Shown here: one piece after another, positions 11,301 to 20,109 of the stretch
Position numbering within the stretch: position 1 is the first letter of the stretch
Layout of the letters: every line of letters starts with the position of its first letter
NCBI GenBank assembly: GCA_012036325.1
Contig: JAAUPC010000001.1
Coordinates: 1 to 56,197, forward strand
Direction: 5' to 3'
From: Paracoccaceae bacterium
GTDB taxonomy: Bacteria; Pseudomonadota; Alphaproteobacteria; Rhodobacterales; Rhodobacteraceae
Length of the DNA: 56,197 bases
Notes under the pieces: generated by a model
The model's database searches: none
What the model was told of the DNA's origin: nothing
Seen by the model: only the letters and a program-made list of their open reading frames with translations
Position numbers and translations under genes: made by a program

Positions 11301-12081
11301 GCGTCTGCGGCACGTTCGACCCCCAGAGCATCAGGAAGCCCGCGTTGTACCAGTCGGCCGATTCCGGCACGTCGGTCTGTTCGCCCCAGGTTTGCGGCGA
11401 GGCGGGCGGCAGGTCGCAGTACCAGTCGTAGAACGACATGCAGGTGCCGCCGAGAAGCGACAGGTAGCGTGACCCCGCCGCATAGCTGACCATGGACATC
11501 GCCGGGATGGGCGAGAAGCCGAACACCCGGTCCGGTCCCCAGACCTTGGCGGTATGCGCGTTGGCGGCGGCGACGATCTCGGTCGCCTCGTCCCAGGTGG
11601 CACGGACGAAACCACCCTTGCCGCGGGTCTTGGTATAGCTCGCGCGCAGGGCGGGATCGCTCTGGATCGCGGCCCAGGCAGCCACGGGCGTCATCGTCGC
11701 CCGCAGCTTGCGCCAGGCCCGCATCAGGCTGCCCCGGATCAGCGGGTTCTTCACACGGTTCGCGGAATACAGATACCAGCTGTAGGACGCCCCCCGTGCA
11801 CAGCCGCGAGGTTCGTGGTTAGGCAGGCCCGCCCGGGTGCGCGGATAGTCGGTCTGCTGCGTCTCCCAGGTCACGATGCCGGACTTGACGTAAATCTTCC
11901 AGCTGCACGATCCGGTGCAGTTCACCCCGTGGGTTGACCGCACGATCTTGTCGTGCCGCCAGCGGTTCCGATAGGTGTCCTCCCACCCCCGATCCTCGCG
12001 CGTGGTTTCACCCCAGCCGTCCGAGAAGGTTTCCAGCGTCTTCATCTGGAGGAAGTTCAGTCTGTCGAGCAGGTGGCTCAT
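8335..12081 (-). CDS. narG: Respiratory nitrate reductase alpha subunit
   Basis: 1248 aa; THGVNCTGSCSW FS0 motif, SFYDWYCDLP Mo-ligand region, C-terminal GFNYYGTVGSNRD. Confidence 0.99.
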   Translation of the reverse strand: MSHLLDRLNFLQMKTLETFSDGWGETTREDRGWEDTYRNRWRHDKIVRSTHGVNCTGSCSWKIYVKSGIVTWETQQTDYPRTRAGLPNHEPRGCARGASYSWYLYSANRVKNPLIRGSLMRAWRKLRATMTPVAAWAAIQSDPALRASYTKTRGKGGFVRATWDEATEIVAAANAHTAKVWGPDRVFGFSPIPAMSMVSYAAGSRYLSLLGGTCMSFYDWYCDLPPASPQTWGEQTDVPESADWYNAGFLMLWGSNVPQTRTPDAHFYTEVRYRGTKSAVVSPDYSEAAKFGDIWLNPQAGTDAALAMAMGHVILREYHLDRQAEYFEEYARKYTDMPMLVVLDEQDGRLVPGRMLRAEDFDDKLGEANNPDWKTVAFDEATGRFVAPNGSIGFRWGEEGKWNLVEEAASAETRLRLSQILDEHNDSIVGVDFPYFGGAATGDFVKCDAPEVLTRNIPARKVKLADGREALVATVFDLFCANYGLDRGLGGEWVSKNFDDDTPYTPAWAEKITGVAREKIIAVAREFAGNAEKTRGKSMVILGAGLNHWYHMDMNYRGIINMLVMCGCIGQEGGGWSHYVGQEKLRPQTGWAPLAFALDWNRPPRHMNSTSAWYAHTDQWRYETLRAGEILSPTAPKGDWDISLIDYNIRAERMGWLPSAPQLKTNPLEVSKAAKAAGKDIRELIATELKSGKLEMSCEDPDAPENWPRNLFVWRSNLLGSSGKGHEYFLKHLLGTDHGVMGKDLGEEGGVMPKEAVWHDEAPKGKLDLLVCIDFRMSTTAVYSDIVLPTASWYEKDDLNTSDMHPFIHPLQAAVDPAYESKSDWEIFKSIAKKFSEVAPEVLGVETDIVQLPLLHDTPGELAQAHVKDWKKGECDLIPGKTAPNYIAVERDYPNLYKQFTSVGPLLEKLGNGGKGINWDTKVEVGHLRDLNGVVLDEGVSKGMAKLETAINAAEMILMLAPETNGEVAVKAWEELEKPTGQHHTHLAEGAHHTKIRFRDIAAQPRKIISSPTWSGIESETVCYNAGYTNVHELIPWRTLTGRQQLYQDHLWMRAFGEGFVSYRPPVDLKTITKAVNNDAAEGNPHVVLNFITPHQKWGIHSTYTDNLLMLTLNRGGPVVWMSEIDAAKAGLVDNDWVEAYNINGALTARVVVSQRIKQGTLFMYHAQEKIVNTPGSEKTGHRGGIHNSVTRATLKPTHMIGGYAQLSYGFNYYGTVGSNRDEFVIVRKMKKVDWLDRPATKGLEAAE

Positions 12082-12096
12082 CTTGGCGTCCTTTCG

Positions 12097-14814
12097 TTAT
12101 TCGGCAGGGTGGGGGGCGGCAAAAGCGCGACCACGCTCGATGTCATGAAGAAGTCCGCCGGGCCGGGTGTAGACGACCCAGGTCAGGACTAGGCAGATCA
12201 CGTAGAAGGCAAGGAACAGCCACAGTGCGCCGACGGGTGAGCCGGTCATCGCGATGGAAGAGCCATAGGCCTTGGGGATGAAGAAGCCGCCATAGGCGCC
12301 GATGGCGCTGGTGAAGGCGACGATGCCGCTCGACTCCATCGCGATCTGGCGGGCGCGGTCGGCGCCGGTCAGCTGCGGCATCAGGCGCGGCACTTCGCGG
12401 CCCATGATGACCGGGATCATCTGGAAGGTGGACGCATTGCCGACCCCGGTGAAGAAGAACAGCGCGATGAAGCCTGCGAAGAACCCGGGGAAACTGCCGA
12501 CCTGCAGCGAGAAGATCACGGCCAGGACCGAGGCGATCATTCCGGCAAAGACCCAGAAGGTGACGCGGCCGCCGCCGAACCGATCCGCAACCCAGCCCGT
12601 GCCGGCACGGCTCAGCGCGCCGACCAGCGGCCCGAGGAAGACGTATTGCAGCGCGTTCACATCGGGGAAAGCGATCTTCGACAAAAGCGGGAAGCCTGCA
12701 GAATAGCCTATGAAGCTGCCGAAAGTGCCGATGTAGAGGACGCACATCAGCCAGTTCTGCGTGCGGCCAAAGATCACTGATTGCTGGGCAAAACTTGCCT
12801 TGGCATCGGCTATGTCGTTCATCCCCAGCCACGCTGCGATGGTCGAGGCCAGGATGAACGGCACCCAGATAAAGCCTGCGTTCTGCAGCCACAGCGTGCC
12901 GCCATCCTGCAGAGCCACGCCCTCGCCACCCACGGCACCAAACACACCGGCGGTGATGACCAGCGGCACCAGAAACTGCATGACGCTGACGCCGAGGTTG
13001 CCAAGCCCGGCGTTCAGGGCCAGAGCGTTGCCCTTTTCCGCCTTCGGGAAGAAGTAGCCTATGTTGGCCATCGAAGAGGCGAAGTTGGCCCCACCAAGCC
13101 CGCAAAGAAGCGCCAGAACCAGGAAGATGAAGTAAGGGGTTTCTGGGTTTTGCACGGCATAGCCGATGCCGATGGCAGGCAGCATCAACGAGGCGGTGGA
13201 AAGCGTCGTCCAGAGCCGCCCACCAAAGATCGGCACCATGAAGCCGTAGAAGATGCGCAGCGTTGCCCCCGACAGCGCAGGCAGTGCGGCCAGCCAGAAC
13301 AGCTGTTCCGGGGTGAAGGCAAATCCGATCAGCGGCAGCTTCGCCACGACCATCGACCAGACCATCCAGACCGAGAAGGCCAGAAGCAGCGCCGGGATCG
13401 ACAGCCATAGGTTGCGGCGTGCGACGGCACGGCCCTTGTCGGCCCAGAAGGTCGCATCCTCGGGCCGCCAGTCCTCGAGCACGCGCGGCATCGCCGTGCG
13501 CTCGGGGTGGTGGATCGGCTGCATCTCGGGCAGCTGCGGCAGGCGGTCCAGAACCTCGCCATGCGCGGCGCGCTCCATGGCGCGGATCGAAAGGTGCATC
13601 CAAGCCAGCGCGATCCCGACCAGCACGAACAGCAGCGCAAAGCACGAGGTATAGATGCCCGTCAGGTCCAGAAGGGCTCCAAAGGCGATGGGCAGGACGA
13701 ACCCGCCAAGCCCGCCGATCATGCCGACCAGACCGCCAACAGCGCCGACGTGGTTGGGATAGTAGACCGGGATGTGCTTGAACACCGCGGCCTTCCCGAG
13801 GCTCATGAAGAAGCCAAGCGCGAAGAGCGTGGCGATGAAGGGCCACAGCCCCATGCTGGTGGAAAAGGAGATGACGCCGTCCTTGCCCTGGATGACATAG
13901 TCGGTCGGCGGATACGACAGCATGAACAGGAACAGCAGCGAAAAGCCGAAGGTCCAGTACATGACCGACCGCGCACCGAACTTGTCGGACAGGTGCCCGC
14001 CATAGGCGCGGAACAGGCTGGCCGACAGGCTGAACGAGGCGGCCGCCATGCCTGCAGTGCGCACATCGACGCCGTATACGTCGATCAGGTAGTGCGGCAA
14101 CCACAGCGCCAGCGCGACGAAGGCGCCGAAGACGAAGAAGTAGTAAAGCGAGAAGCGCCAGACCTGCAGGTTCTTCAGGGGCGCGAACTGCTGTGCGAAA
14201 CTCGGTGGCTTTGCCCCGGTCCGGCGACGTTCAACGAGCGAGGGATCGTCCTTGGCGAAAACAAAGAAGATCACCGCCATCAGTGCCAGGCCCGCAGCCC
14301 AGACGTTTGCCACCCCTTGCCAGCCAAAGCCCACCATCACGAAGGGCGCGACGAACTTAGTCACCGCCGCCCCGATATTGCCCGCGCCAAAGATACCCAG
14401 CGCCGTGCCCTGATGGCCAGCGTCATACCAGCGGCTGACATAGGCCACGCCGATGATGAACGACCCACCCGCCAGACCGACTCCCAAGGCGGCCAGAAGA
14501 TACATCGGGTATGTATCGGCAAAGGTCAGCGCCCAGGTCGCCAGAGCCGCCAGCAACATTTGGGTGGAGAACACCAGTCGTCCGCCATACTTCTCGGTCC
14601 AGACCCCAAGGAAGATGCGGGTCAGCGAACCGGTCAGGATCGGAGTGGCGACCAAAAGGCCGAACTGCGTGTCGTTCAGCCCCAGCTCACCCTTGATGGC
14701 GACGCCGATGATCGAAAAGATTGTCCAGACGGCGAAACAGGCGGTGAAGGCGATCGTGCTCAGCGTCAGGGCGCGGGTCTGGTCGGCGCGTGAGGCTGTC
14801 GGTGCGGTCTGCAT
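12097..14814 (-). CDS. narK: Fused NarK1-NarK2 nitrate/nitrite MFS transporter
   Basis: 905 aa with two MFS domains carrying nitrate signatures (GTALGIFGAGN, GNALALNAGLGN), as in Paracoccus NarK. Confidence 0.96.
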   Translation of the reverse strand: MQTAPTASRADQTRALTLSTIAFTACFAVWTIFSIIGVAIKGELGLNDTQFGLLVATPILTGSLTRIFLGVWTEKYGGRLVFSTQMLLAALATWALTFADTYPMYLLAALGVGLAGGSFIIGVAYVSRWYDAGHQGTALGIFGAGNIGAAVTKFVAPFVMVGFGWQGVANVWAAGLALMAVIFFVFAKDDPSLVERRRTGAKPPSFAQQFAPLKNLQVWRFSLYYFFVFGAFVALALWLPHYLIDVYGVDVRTAGMAAASFSLSASLFRAYGGHLSDKFGARSVMYWTFGFSLLFLFMLSYPPTDYVIQGKDGVISFSTSMGLWPFIATLFALGFFMSLGKAAVFKHIPVYYPNHVGAVGGLVGMIGGLGGFVLPIAFGALLDLTGIYTSCFALLFVLVGIALAWMHLSIRAMERAAHGEVLDRLPQLPEMQPIHHPERTAMPRVLEDWRPEDATFWADKGRAVARRNLWLSIPALLLAFSVWMVWSMVVAKLPLIGFAFTPEQLFWLAALPALSGATLRIFYGFMVPIFGGRLWTTLSTASLMLPAIGIGYAVQNPETPYFIFLVLALLCGLGGANFASSMANIGYFFPKAEKGNALALNAGLGNLGVSVMQFLVPLVITAGVFGAVGGEGVALQDGGTLWLQNAGFIWVPFILASTIAAWLGMNDIADAKASFAQQSVIFGRTQNWLMCVLYIGTFGSFIGYSAGFPLLSKIAFPDVNALQYVFLGPLVGALSRAGTGWVADRFGGGRVTFWVFAGMIASVLAVIFSLQVGSFPGFFAGFIALFFFTGVGNASTFQMIPVIMGREVPRLMPQLTGADRARQIAMESSGIVAFTSAIGAYGGFFIPKAYGSSIAMTGSPVGALWLFLAFYVICLVLTWVVYTRPGGLLHDIERGRAFAAPHPAE

Positions 14815-14893
14815 GGCGGGATCTCCGGCAAGAGAGAGGCAGTTTCCCCAATGGGGTTGATGCCAGTCCTGAGATCCACGCGGGCCAAAGAGG

Positions 14894-14907
14894 TTGATCT
14901 AGATCAT
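14894..14907. promoter_or_regulatory. FNR/NarR-type box upstream of narK
   Basis: TTGAT-CTAG-ATCAT; one mismatch to TTGAT-N4-ATCAA. Confidence 0.75.
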
Positions 14908-15006
14908 CTGTTGCAGATTTCTTATTGAAATAAACGGCTTAGCGAAAAATATCGGGTTCGCTTGCAGGGTCAGTCAAGGCTCCTCCTGCGATGATCAATT
15001 GTTGGC

Positions 15007-15020
15007 TTGACAATTATCAA
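15007..15020. promoter_or_regulatory. FNR-type box upstream of narR
   Basis: TTGAC-AATT-ATCAA; one mismatch to consensus. Confidence 0.75.
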
Positions 15021-15063
15021 TCGTGGGATTGGACTCTGACAAAGCACTTCGAAGGACGGCAGG

Positions 15064-15762
15064 ATGCCCGATTCATCATTCAGAGAGATTCGCGACCTCG
15101 CGCTGTTTTCACAGATGGCGGACGAGAATTTCTCGGCCTTGATGCGCGGTGCTTATGTCCAGAACTTCCCGGCGCAGATCGAACTGATCACTGAAGGCGA
15201 CCCGAGCGACTTTCTACACGTTGTTCTGTCCGGTTCGGTTGACCTCTTCTCGGCCTGGAATGGCCGTGAGACCAGCCTTGCGACTGTTCGGCCAATCTCG
15301 ACCTTCATCCTGGCCGCTACGATCAAGGATGCACCCTACCTCATGTCGGCCCGCACATTGGAGAAAAGCCGGATCGCCCTGATCCCGAGTCAAGACGTTC
15401 GCGCCGTTTTCGACATTGACGGCAACTTTGCCCGCGCCATCGTGACAGAACTGGCGCAGTGCTACCGCTCGGTCATCAAGGCGCAGAAAGAACTGAAGCT
15501 GCGGACATCGCTGGAGCGGTTGGCGAACTATCTGCTGCGCCAGCAGAGGCGCGCCAGTGGGGCGGCCTCGTTCGACCTTGATTTCGAGAAGCGCCGCCTC
15601 GCTTCGGTGCTTGGGATGACCGCCGAAAACCTGAGCCGTGCCTTCAAGGGGTTGCAGCCCTATGGGCTGGAGGTGGACGGAACACGTATCACGATCACCA
15701 ACCAGGCAGAGTTCGAGCGGTTTGCCAAGCCGAACCCGCTGATCGACGACGGGTCCACCTGA
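15064..15762 (+). CDS. narR: Crp/Fnr-family regulator NarR (no Fe-S cysteines)
   Basis: cNMP-binding domain plus HTH ENLSR; divergent from narK as in Paracoccus. Confidence 0.85.
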   Translation: MPDSSFREIRDLALFSQMADENFSALMRGAYVQNFPAQIELITEGDPSDFLHVVLSGSVDLFSAWNGRETSLATVRPISTFILAATIKDAPYLMSARTLEKSRIALIPSQDVRAVFDIDGNFARAIVTELAQCYRSVIKAQKELKLRTSLERLANYLLRQQRRASGAASFDLDFEKRRLASVLGMTAENLSRAFKGLQPYGLEVDGTRITITNQAEFERFAKPNPLIDDGST

Positions 15763-15766
15763 GGCG

Positions 15767-16429
15767 TTAGACCAGAGGGTCCACTCCGATCACCAGGGGA
15801 TGCAGCCAGATCAACGCGGCATAGAGCATGAGCCCGGCAGCCAAGCGCAAAAGAGTGTCGGCGGTCAGGGATAGCGTTGCGGGGCTTTCCGAAATGGCTG
15901 CGCGCAAGTCATGCCAACGCTGCCCCATCTCTCGCTGTCGCCGCCGGTCGACAAGGCGGCCGCCAAGCATCGCGAAACCGGCGAAGGTGCCGAACAGGAT
16001 CACATGCGCCAGGTCGCCGTTCGGCAGGAGATGCGCCGCCGACCATAGCCCGAGCGCCAGAAGCAGGGGATGCCGCGTCAGGCGGACGATTCCGGGGCGC
16101 GCCGGGTCGAACCGGTCATTTTGCGCGCCGCCGAAGGAAAAGGGGTTCGGCCGGGCAATCGACAGCGACAGGATCAGGCAGACGGGCAGCATTACGGCAA
16201 GCACGACATGGTTCTGCCACGGCTCCCAGTCCCAAAGCGGCACATAGGGCGCCCGGCCCGCTGCCGCGATCAACCAGGCCAGCACGGCAAGTGAGAGAGC
16301 CGAATAGACGATGCCAAAGCCTGCATGCCCCAGCCGCGCCACCGCCCAGGGTCGCAGCGGCGGGCGGATCGGAATGGAGTGGGTCAGAAAGAAGGCCGCG
16401 AAGGCAAAGGCGAATTCGTTCCAGCCCAT
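15767..16429 (-). CDS. nnrU: NnrU-family membrane protein
   Basis: AFFLTHS, TRHPLL and AHLLPNGD motifs. Confidence 0.9.
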   Translation of the reverse strand: MGWNEFAFAFAAFFLTHSIPIRPPLRPWAVARLGHAGFGIVYSALSLAVLAWLIAAAGRAPYVPLWDWEPWQNHVVLAVMLPVCLILSLSIARPNPFSFGGAQNDRFDPARPGIVRLTRHPLLLALGLWSAAHLLPNGDLAHVILFGTFAGFAMLGGRLVDRRRQREMGQRWHDLRAAISESPATLSLTADTLLRLAAGLMLYAALIWLHPLVIGVDPLV

Positions 16430-16435
16430 GTCCAG

Positions 16436-17644
16436 TCAGATCCGTTTCGCAGGCGGCAGGCGCAGCAGAAACCGCCCGTACAGAACGGCATAGCCGCCAA
16501 AGGCACAGGTCCAAGCGACTCCGGCCAGGCTGTGCAGAGCCATCGCCTCGTCGGTCCAGACCCCTGCGGCCACGCGCGCCAGAACAGCGGCGACCAGCGC
16601 CAGATAGATCGCCACCGTGCCGGGGCCTGCGTGCAACTCTTGCCCGGTATGGCCCAGGGTTGCCCGCGTCATCACCGCAAGGGTCATCAACCCGACCGCG
16701 CCGCCCGTCCACAGATGCTGTGCTGCGGCCATGCCGAAGACGCCCGGCATCAGGATCTCGGCCGCGAGCGCGACGGCCCCCAGCGGCAGGAAAGCATAGC
16801 CCGCATGCAGCACCAGGACGAGCGGCTCTGCCGCCGTGCGGTGGCCCGCCCATCGCTCCAGTCGGATGGCATGCAGAGCGCCTGCCAGCCCCAGCAAGAC
16901 GCCGGTCAACCAGGACATGGGCAGCGCGACCCACATGAGCAGCGCCGCCAGCAGGATCAGCAGGGCCAGCTTGTCGAACCCCTGCATCGGCGCGGCGGGC
17001 AGTTTTCCTGGCCCGCGCCGGACCAGCCAGTTGCGCGTGAAGGACGGCACGATCCGCCCGCCGATGACCGCGATCATCATCACACCCGCTGCCAACCCCA
17101 GCCGCATGCCATACCCCTGGGCGGCATAGTCGCCTCGCGCCGCCTCCCAGTGATAAAGGCCGTTGCCAAGGGCAAAGACCGCCAGCATCGCCAGCACGAT
17201 CAGATTGCGCCAGTTCTTGCCCGCCACGATCTCGCGCCCGATTGCGGCTGCCAGAACCAGCGGAAAGGCCAGATCGACCGTCGCCGCCACGCCGGCGGAC
17301 AGGGTGCCCGACATGGCCACCGCCACGCGCCCGGCTAGCCACAGGAAGAACAGCCCGCCAAGCGGCCAGCCCACAATGGGCAACCGGCCTGTCCAGTTTG
17401 GCACGGCGGTCAAGAGAAACCCCGCAATCACCGCGCCAAGGTAGCCAAACAGGAATTCATGCGCGTGCCAGCTGACCGGGTCAAAGGCGGTGGGCAGCGT
17501 CAGATGACCCGTCAGCATCGGCACCCATAGCGTCATGGCCAGCGAAGCCCAAGTCGCGGCCCCGAAGAAGAATGGCCGGAACCCGTAGGTCAGGATCGCA
17601 GGGCCGGTCCAGGCGCGCATCTGTTCGGCAGTGGTGATCATCAT
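16436..17644 (-). CDS. nnrS: NnrS-family heme-copper membrane protein
   Basis: GFRPFF, WHAHEFLFG, GFLLTAVPNWTG, IGGRIVPSFT and RATLGHTG motifs. Confidence 0.95.
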   Translation of the reverse strand: MMITTAEQMRAWTGPAILTYGFRPFFFGAATWASLAMTLWVPMLTGHLTLPTAFDPVSWHAHEFLFGYLGAVIAGFLLTAVPNWTGRLPIVGWPLGGLFFLWLAGRVAVAMSGTLSAGVAATVDLAFPLVLAAAIGREIVAGKNWRNLIVLAMLAVFALGNGLYHWEAARGDYAAQGYGMRLGLAAGVMMIAVIGGRIVPSFTRNWLVRRGPGKLPAAPMQGFDKLALLILLAALLMWVALPMSWLTGVLLGLAGALHAIRLERWAGHRTAAEPLVLVLHAGYAFLPLGAVALAAEILMPGVFGMAAAQHLWTGGAVGLMTLAVMTRATLGHTGQELHAGPGTVAIYLALVAAVLARVAAGVWTDEAMALHSLAGVAWTCAFGGYAVLYGRFLLRLPPAKRI

Positions 17645-18324
17645 GCGTCCTTCTGTTCGTACTGGACCCCGGCCTCGGTCAGGATGACGTCCAGTGCGAT
17701 GTCGTGGGGTTGGGGAAAGACGGTGGCAAGCCGGGCAGATTGCAGACCGATACCGATGGTCATCGGGCGAGGCGCCAGCACGGCGAGCGTGCGGTCAAAG
17801 TACCCCCCTCCGTAGCCCAGCCGAAACCCTGCCGGGTCCCAGCCCACCAAGGGAGCAAGGGTCAGGTCAGGCGCCACCTCTGGCCCGTCGGCCGGGACCG
17901 GGATCTTCCAGAAACCCTGCACCATCCTGCAATTTGGCGTCCAAAGGCGGAATGCCAGTGGTGCAGCGGGCGCTGTGACCACGGGCAATGTGACGCGCGC
18001 GCCGCGTGCGAGCATGCTTTCCAGCCAGGGCCGCAAGTTCAGTTCCGCCTTGATCGGCCACCAACCCGAGAGCGTCAGCCCGTCGACGCTCGGGAAACGT
18101 TCGGCCAGCAGGGTATCGAGACGCGTGGCAACCCTGTCTGCCGCTGCACGACACTGCGACGCGGACAGGGCCTGACGGTCTGCCAGCAACCGCGCGCGCT
18201 CGGCCTTGCGCCAGTGGGCGACGTCGCGCGCCTGCTTTGGGTCGACAACCAACGGATCGAAGTAGTCCGAGGCGATCTCGCAAGCCATGCAGGGGGACGA
18301 AGCGAATGGGCCCGGCTCAGACAT
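17641..18324 (-). CDS. 5-formyltetrahydrofolate cyclo-ligase family protein
   Basis: PLVGWD...RLGYGGGYFDRTL and QPHDIALD motifs. Confidence 0.9.
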   Translation of the reverse strand: MSEPGPFASSPCMACEIASDYFDPLVVDPKQARDVAHWRKAERARLLADRQALSASQCRAAADRVATRLDTLLAERFPSVDGLTLSGWWPIKAELNLRPWLESMLARGARVTLPVVTAPAAPLAFRLWTPNCRMVQGFWKIPVPADGPEVAPDLTLAPLVGWDPAGFRLGYGGGYFDRTLAVLAPRPMTIGIGLQSARLATVFPQPHDIALDVILTEAGVQYEQKDA

Positions 18325-18805
18325 CGGCGCGTCGCTCCGCCTCGAACTGCGGGAACAGCACGTCGTTCTCCAACCGCATGTGCTCGGTCAGGTCACGGGT
18401 GAACTCATCCAGCCCACGGTAGAGCCCGGTCCAGGTGCCGCAGGCCCCGTCGGGCAAGGTCAGGTTTGCGGTCAGTCGGAAGACCTCGGCCAGCTCGCGG
18501 TCATGCCTGGCATGATCGGCGCGCATCACCGCGATCGGAGTCTCGATGCCGGGCATCCCTCCCTTTCGGATCGCGGGAAACAGGATCAGTTCCTCTTTCT
18601 TCATCTGCACCTCTAATTCGCCGATCATCTGGTGCAGCAGGGCCGACAGTCCGTCTGGCACGCCCACGTCGCCGAAGTGCACGTCCTCGACACGCTCGGC
18701 CATTGCCACCAGTTGCGGCAGCTGCTCCCTGTGGCGGGCATGGGAGCGCTCCTCGATGTGCCGGGTCAGGGCGGTCGGCTCAGACGGCGCTGCAGCTTCG
18801 GTCAT
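18317..18805 (-). CDS. YtfE/ScdA (RIC)-like di-iron hemerythrin, short form
   Basis: HARHREQLP, MKKEELILFP, ACGTW and EHMRLENDVLFP motifs. Confidence 0.85.
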   Translation of the reverse strand: MTEAAAPSEPTALTRHIEERSHARHREQLPQLVAMAERVEDVHFGDVGVPDGLSALLHQMIGELEVQMKKEELILFPAIRKGGMPGIETPIAVMRADHARHDRELAEVFRLTANLTLPDGACGTWTGLYRGLDEFTRDLTEHMRLENDVLFPQFEAERRADV

Positions 18806-18818
18806 GTGAGGTCTCCTG

Positions 18819-19277
18819 TCAGAAGAACAGTTTGGGTGGGGCGACGGGGTCGCTTTGGGCTGACTGAACGGCGATATGCAGGGAATGGGCGATCCGCTCG
18901 GCGCGCTCGATAAGGAGCAAGGCACCCGCGGGCGTGCAGGTATCAACAGCTGTCACGCGAAACAGCGCAAGCCAGCGGTCGAAATGTGCCGCATTGATCG
19001 GCAGCGGAGTATGCGCGGGCACCGGTCGGCCATGATACTGCCCGGTCATCAATGCGACCGAAGACCAGAACGTCACCATCCGCTCCAGATGCACGGCCCA
19101 ATCGGTGATCCGGGCCGCAAAGATCGGCCCCAGAACGGCATCTGCGCGGACACAGCCGTAAAAGCGGTGTACCAGATCGCGCAGAACATCGGGGCTAAGA
19201 CCCGTCTCTGCCATAAGGGCGGCCGTCAATTCCGGCCTGGTTGTCGGGATGGACAAGCTGACAGTTGCGCTGGACAT
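18819..19277 (-). CDS. Group III truncated hemoglobin
   Basis: LVHRFY..VRAD.VLGPIF, HLERMVTFWSSV, Y.G.P..AH and HFDRWL motifs. Confidence 0.92.
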   Translation of the reverse strand: MSSATVSLSIPTTRPELTAALMAETGLSPDVLRDLVHRFYGCVRADAVLGPIFAARITDWAVHLERMVTFWSSVALMTGQYHGRPVPAHTPLPINAAHFDRWLALFRVTAVDTCTPAGALLLIERAERIAHSLHIAVQSAQSDPVAPPKLFF

Positions 19278-19313
19278 CTGAGTCTCCGTCTTGCGCTTTG
19301 GCTTAGACCTGCT

Positions 19314-19336
19314 AATTGGTATTGTAAATACCTATT
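19314..19336. promoter_or_regulatory. NsrR-type 11-1-11 operator between the divergent trHb and Rrf2 genes
   Basis: AATTGGTATTG-T-AAATACCTATT, a 23-bp imperfect palindrome with NsrR-site geometry. Confidence 0.65.
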
Positions 19337-19352
19337 CAAGGAAACCGACCTC

Positions 19353-19784
19353 ATGCGGCTGACCTCCTTCACCGACTTCGGGCTACGGATGCTGATGCGA
19401 ATGGCCGCCGATCCGTCGCGCGCCATCTCCACGGCCGAACTGGCCGAAGCCTTGGGCCTGTCCCGCAATCATCTGGCCAAGATCATCCAGCATCTGGCGC
19501 GCGCAGGCCTGATCGAAACCCGGCGCGGCGGCGGCGGTGGCGCCGTGCTGGCCCGACCGGCGTCCGAGATCCGGCTTGGCCAGGTCATCCGGTTGTTGGA
19601 AGAAGGGCAGCCCTTGGTCGAGTGTTTCGGGGCCGATGGGGGTGCCTGTTCGATAGACACGCGCTGTCGGCTCAAGGCGCGTCTGCGTTCTGCTGAAGCA
19701 GCTTTTCTCACGGATCTCGACCGATCGACACTGGCCGATATCGCCCTGCCCCTGCTGCCAAAGAACCTCGTGGTGTCGCAATGA
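19353..19784 (+). CDS. nsrR: Rrf2-family regulator, NsrR-like
   Basis: MRLTSFTDFGLR start; three Cys in LVECF...ACSI..RCRL; NO-detoxification neighbours. Confidence 0.8.
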   Translation: MRLTSFTDFGLRMLMRMAADPSRAISTAELAEALGLSRNHLAKIIQHLARAGLIETRRGGGGGAVLARPASEIRLGQVIRLLEEGQPLVECFGADGGACSIDTRCRLKARLRSAEAAFLTDLDRSTLADIALPLLPKNLVVSQ

Positions 19785-20056
19785 CGCAGGTCGAACGTGA
19801 CGGTGCAGGCTTTGTTATTCCGGCAATCTTGCTCGCCGAAGCATTCGGACTGACCGAGTCCGACGTTCGCGAGTCGATGCGCACCGGTGCCCTGACATCG
19901 ATCTGCGAGGCCGGGGTCGGGACGGACGCGGGACGCTGGCGCCTGACGTTCCGCTACATCAATCGCGCCTGCCGGTTCACGGTCGACGAGGTAGGAACGA
20001 TCCTGTCGAGTTCTCGCTTTCCGGTGCGGGACCGATCGTCTGACTTGGAACGTTGA
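19781..20056 (+). CDS. Small DUF6522-like protein
   Basis: TSICEAGVGTDAGRWRLTF motif; ATGA overlap with the Rrf2 gene. Confidence 0.65.
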   Translation: MTQVERDGAGFVIPAILLAEAFGLTESDVRESMRTGALTSICEAGVGTDAGRWRLTFRYINRACRFTVDEVGTILSSSRFPVRDRSSDLER

Positions 20057-20073
20057 CTCCTTCATCCGATTAT

Positions 20074-20093
20074 GTAAGTGAGTAATCACTTAC
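20074..20093. promoter_or_regulatory. TetR operator candidate
   Basis: Perfect inverted repeat GTAAGTGA-GTAA-TCACTTAC, downstream of a TTGACT -35 at 20053. Confidence 0.75.
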
Positions 20094-20109
20094 TTTCTTG
20101 GATCAATCG

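Noticed and set aside
12097-14814. Double-length NarK as a novel fusion
   Set aside because: NarK1-NarK2 fusions are well described in Paracoccus.
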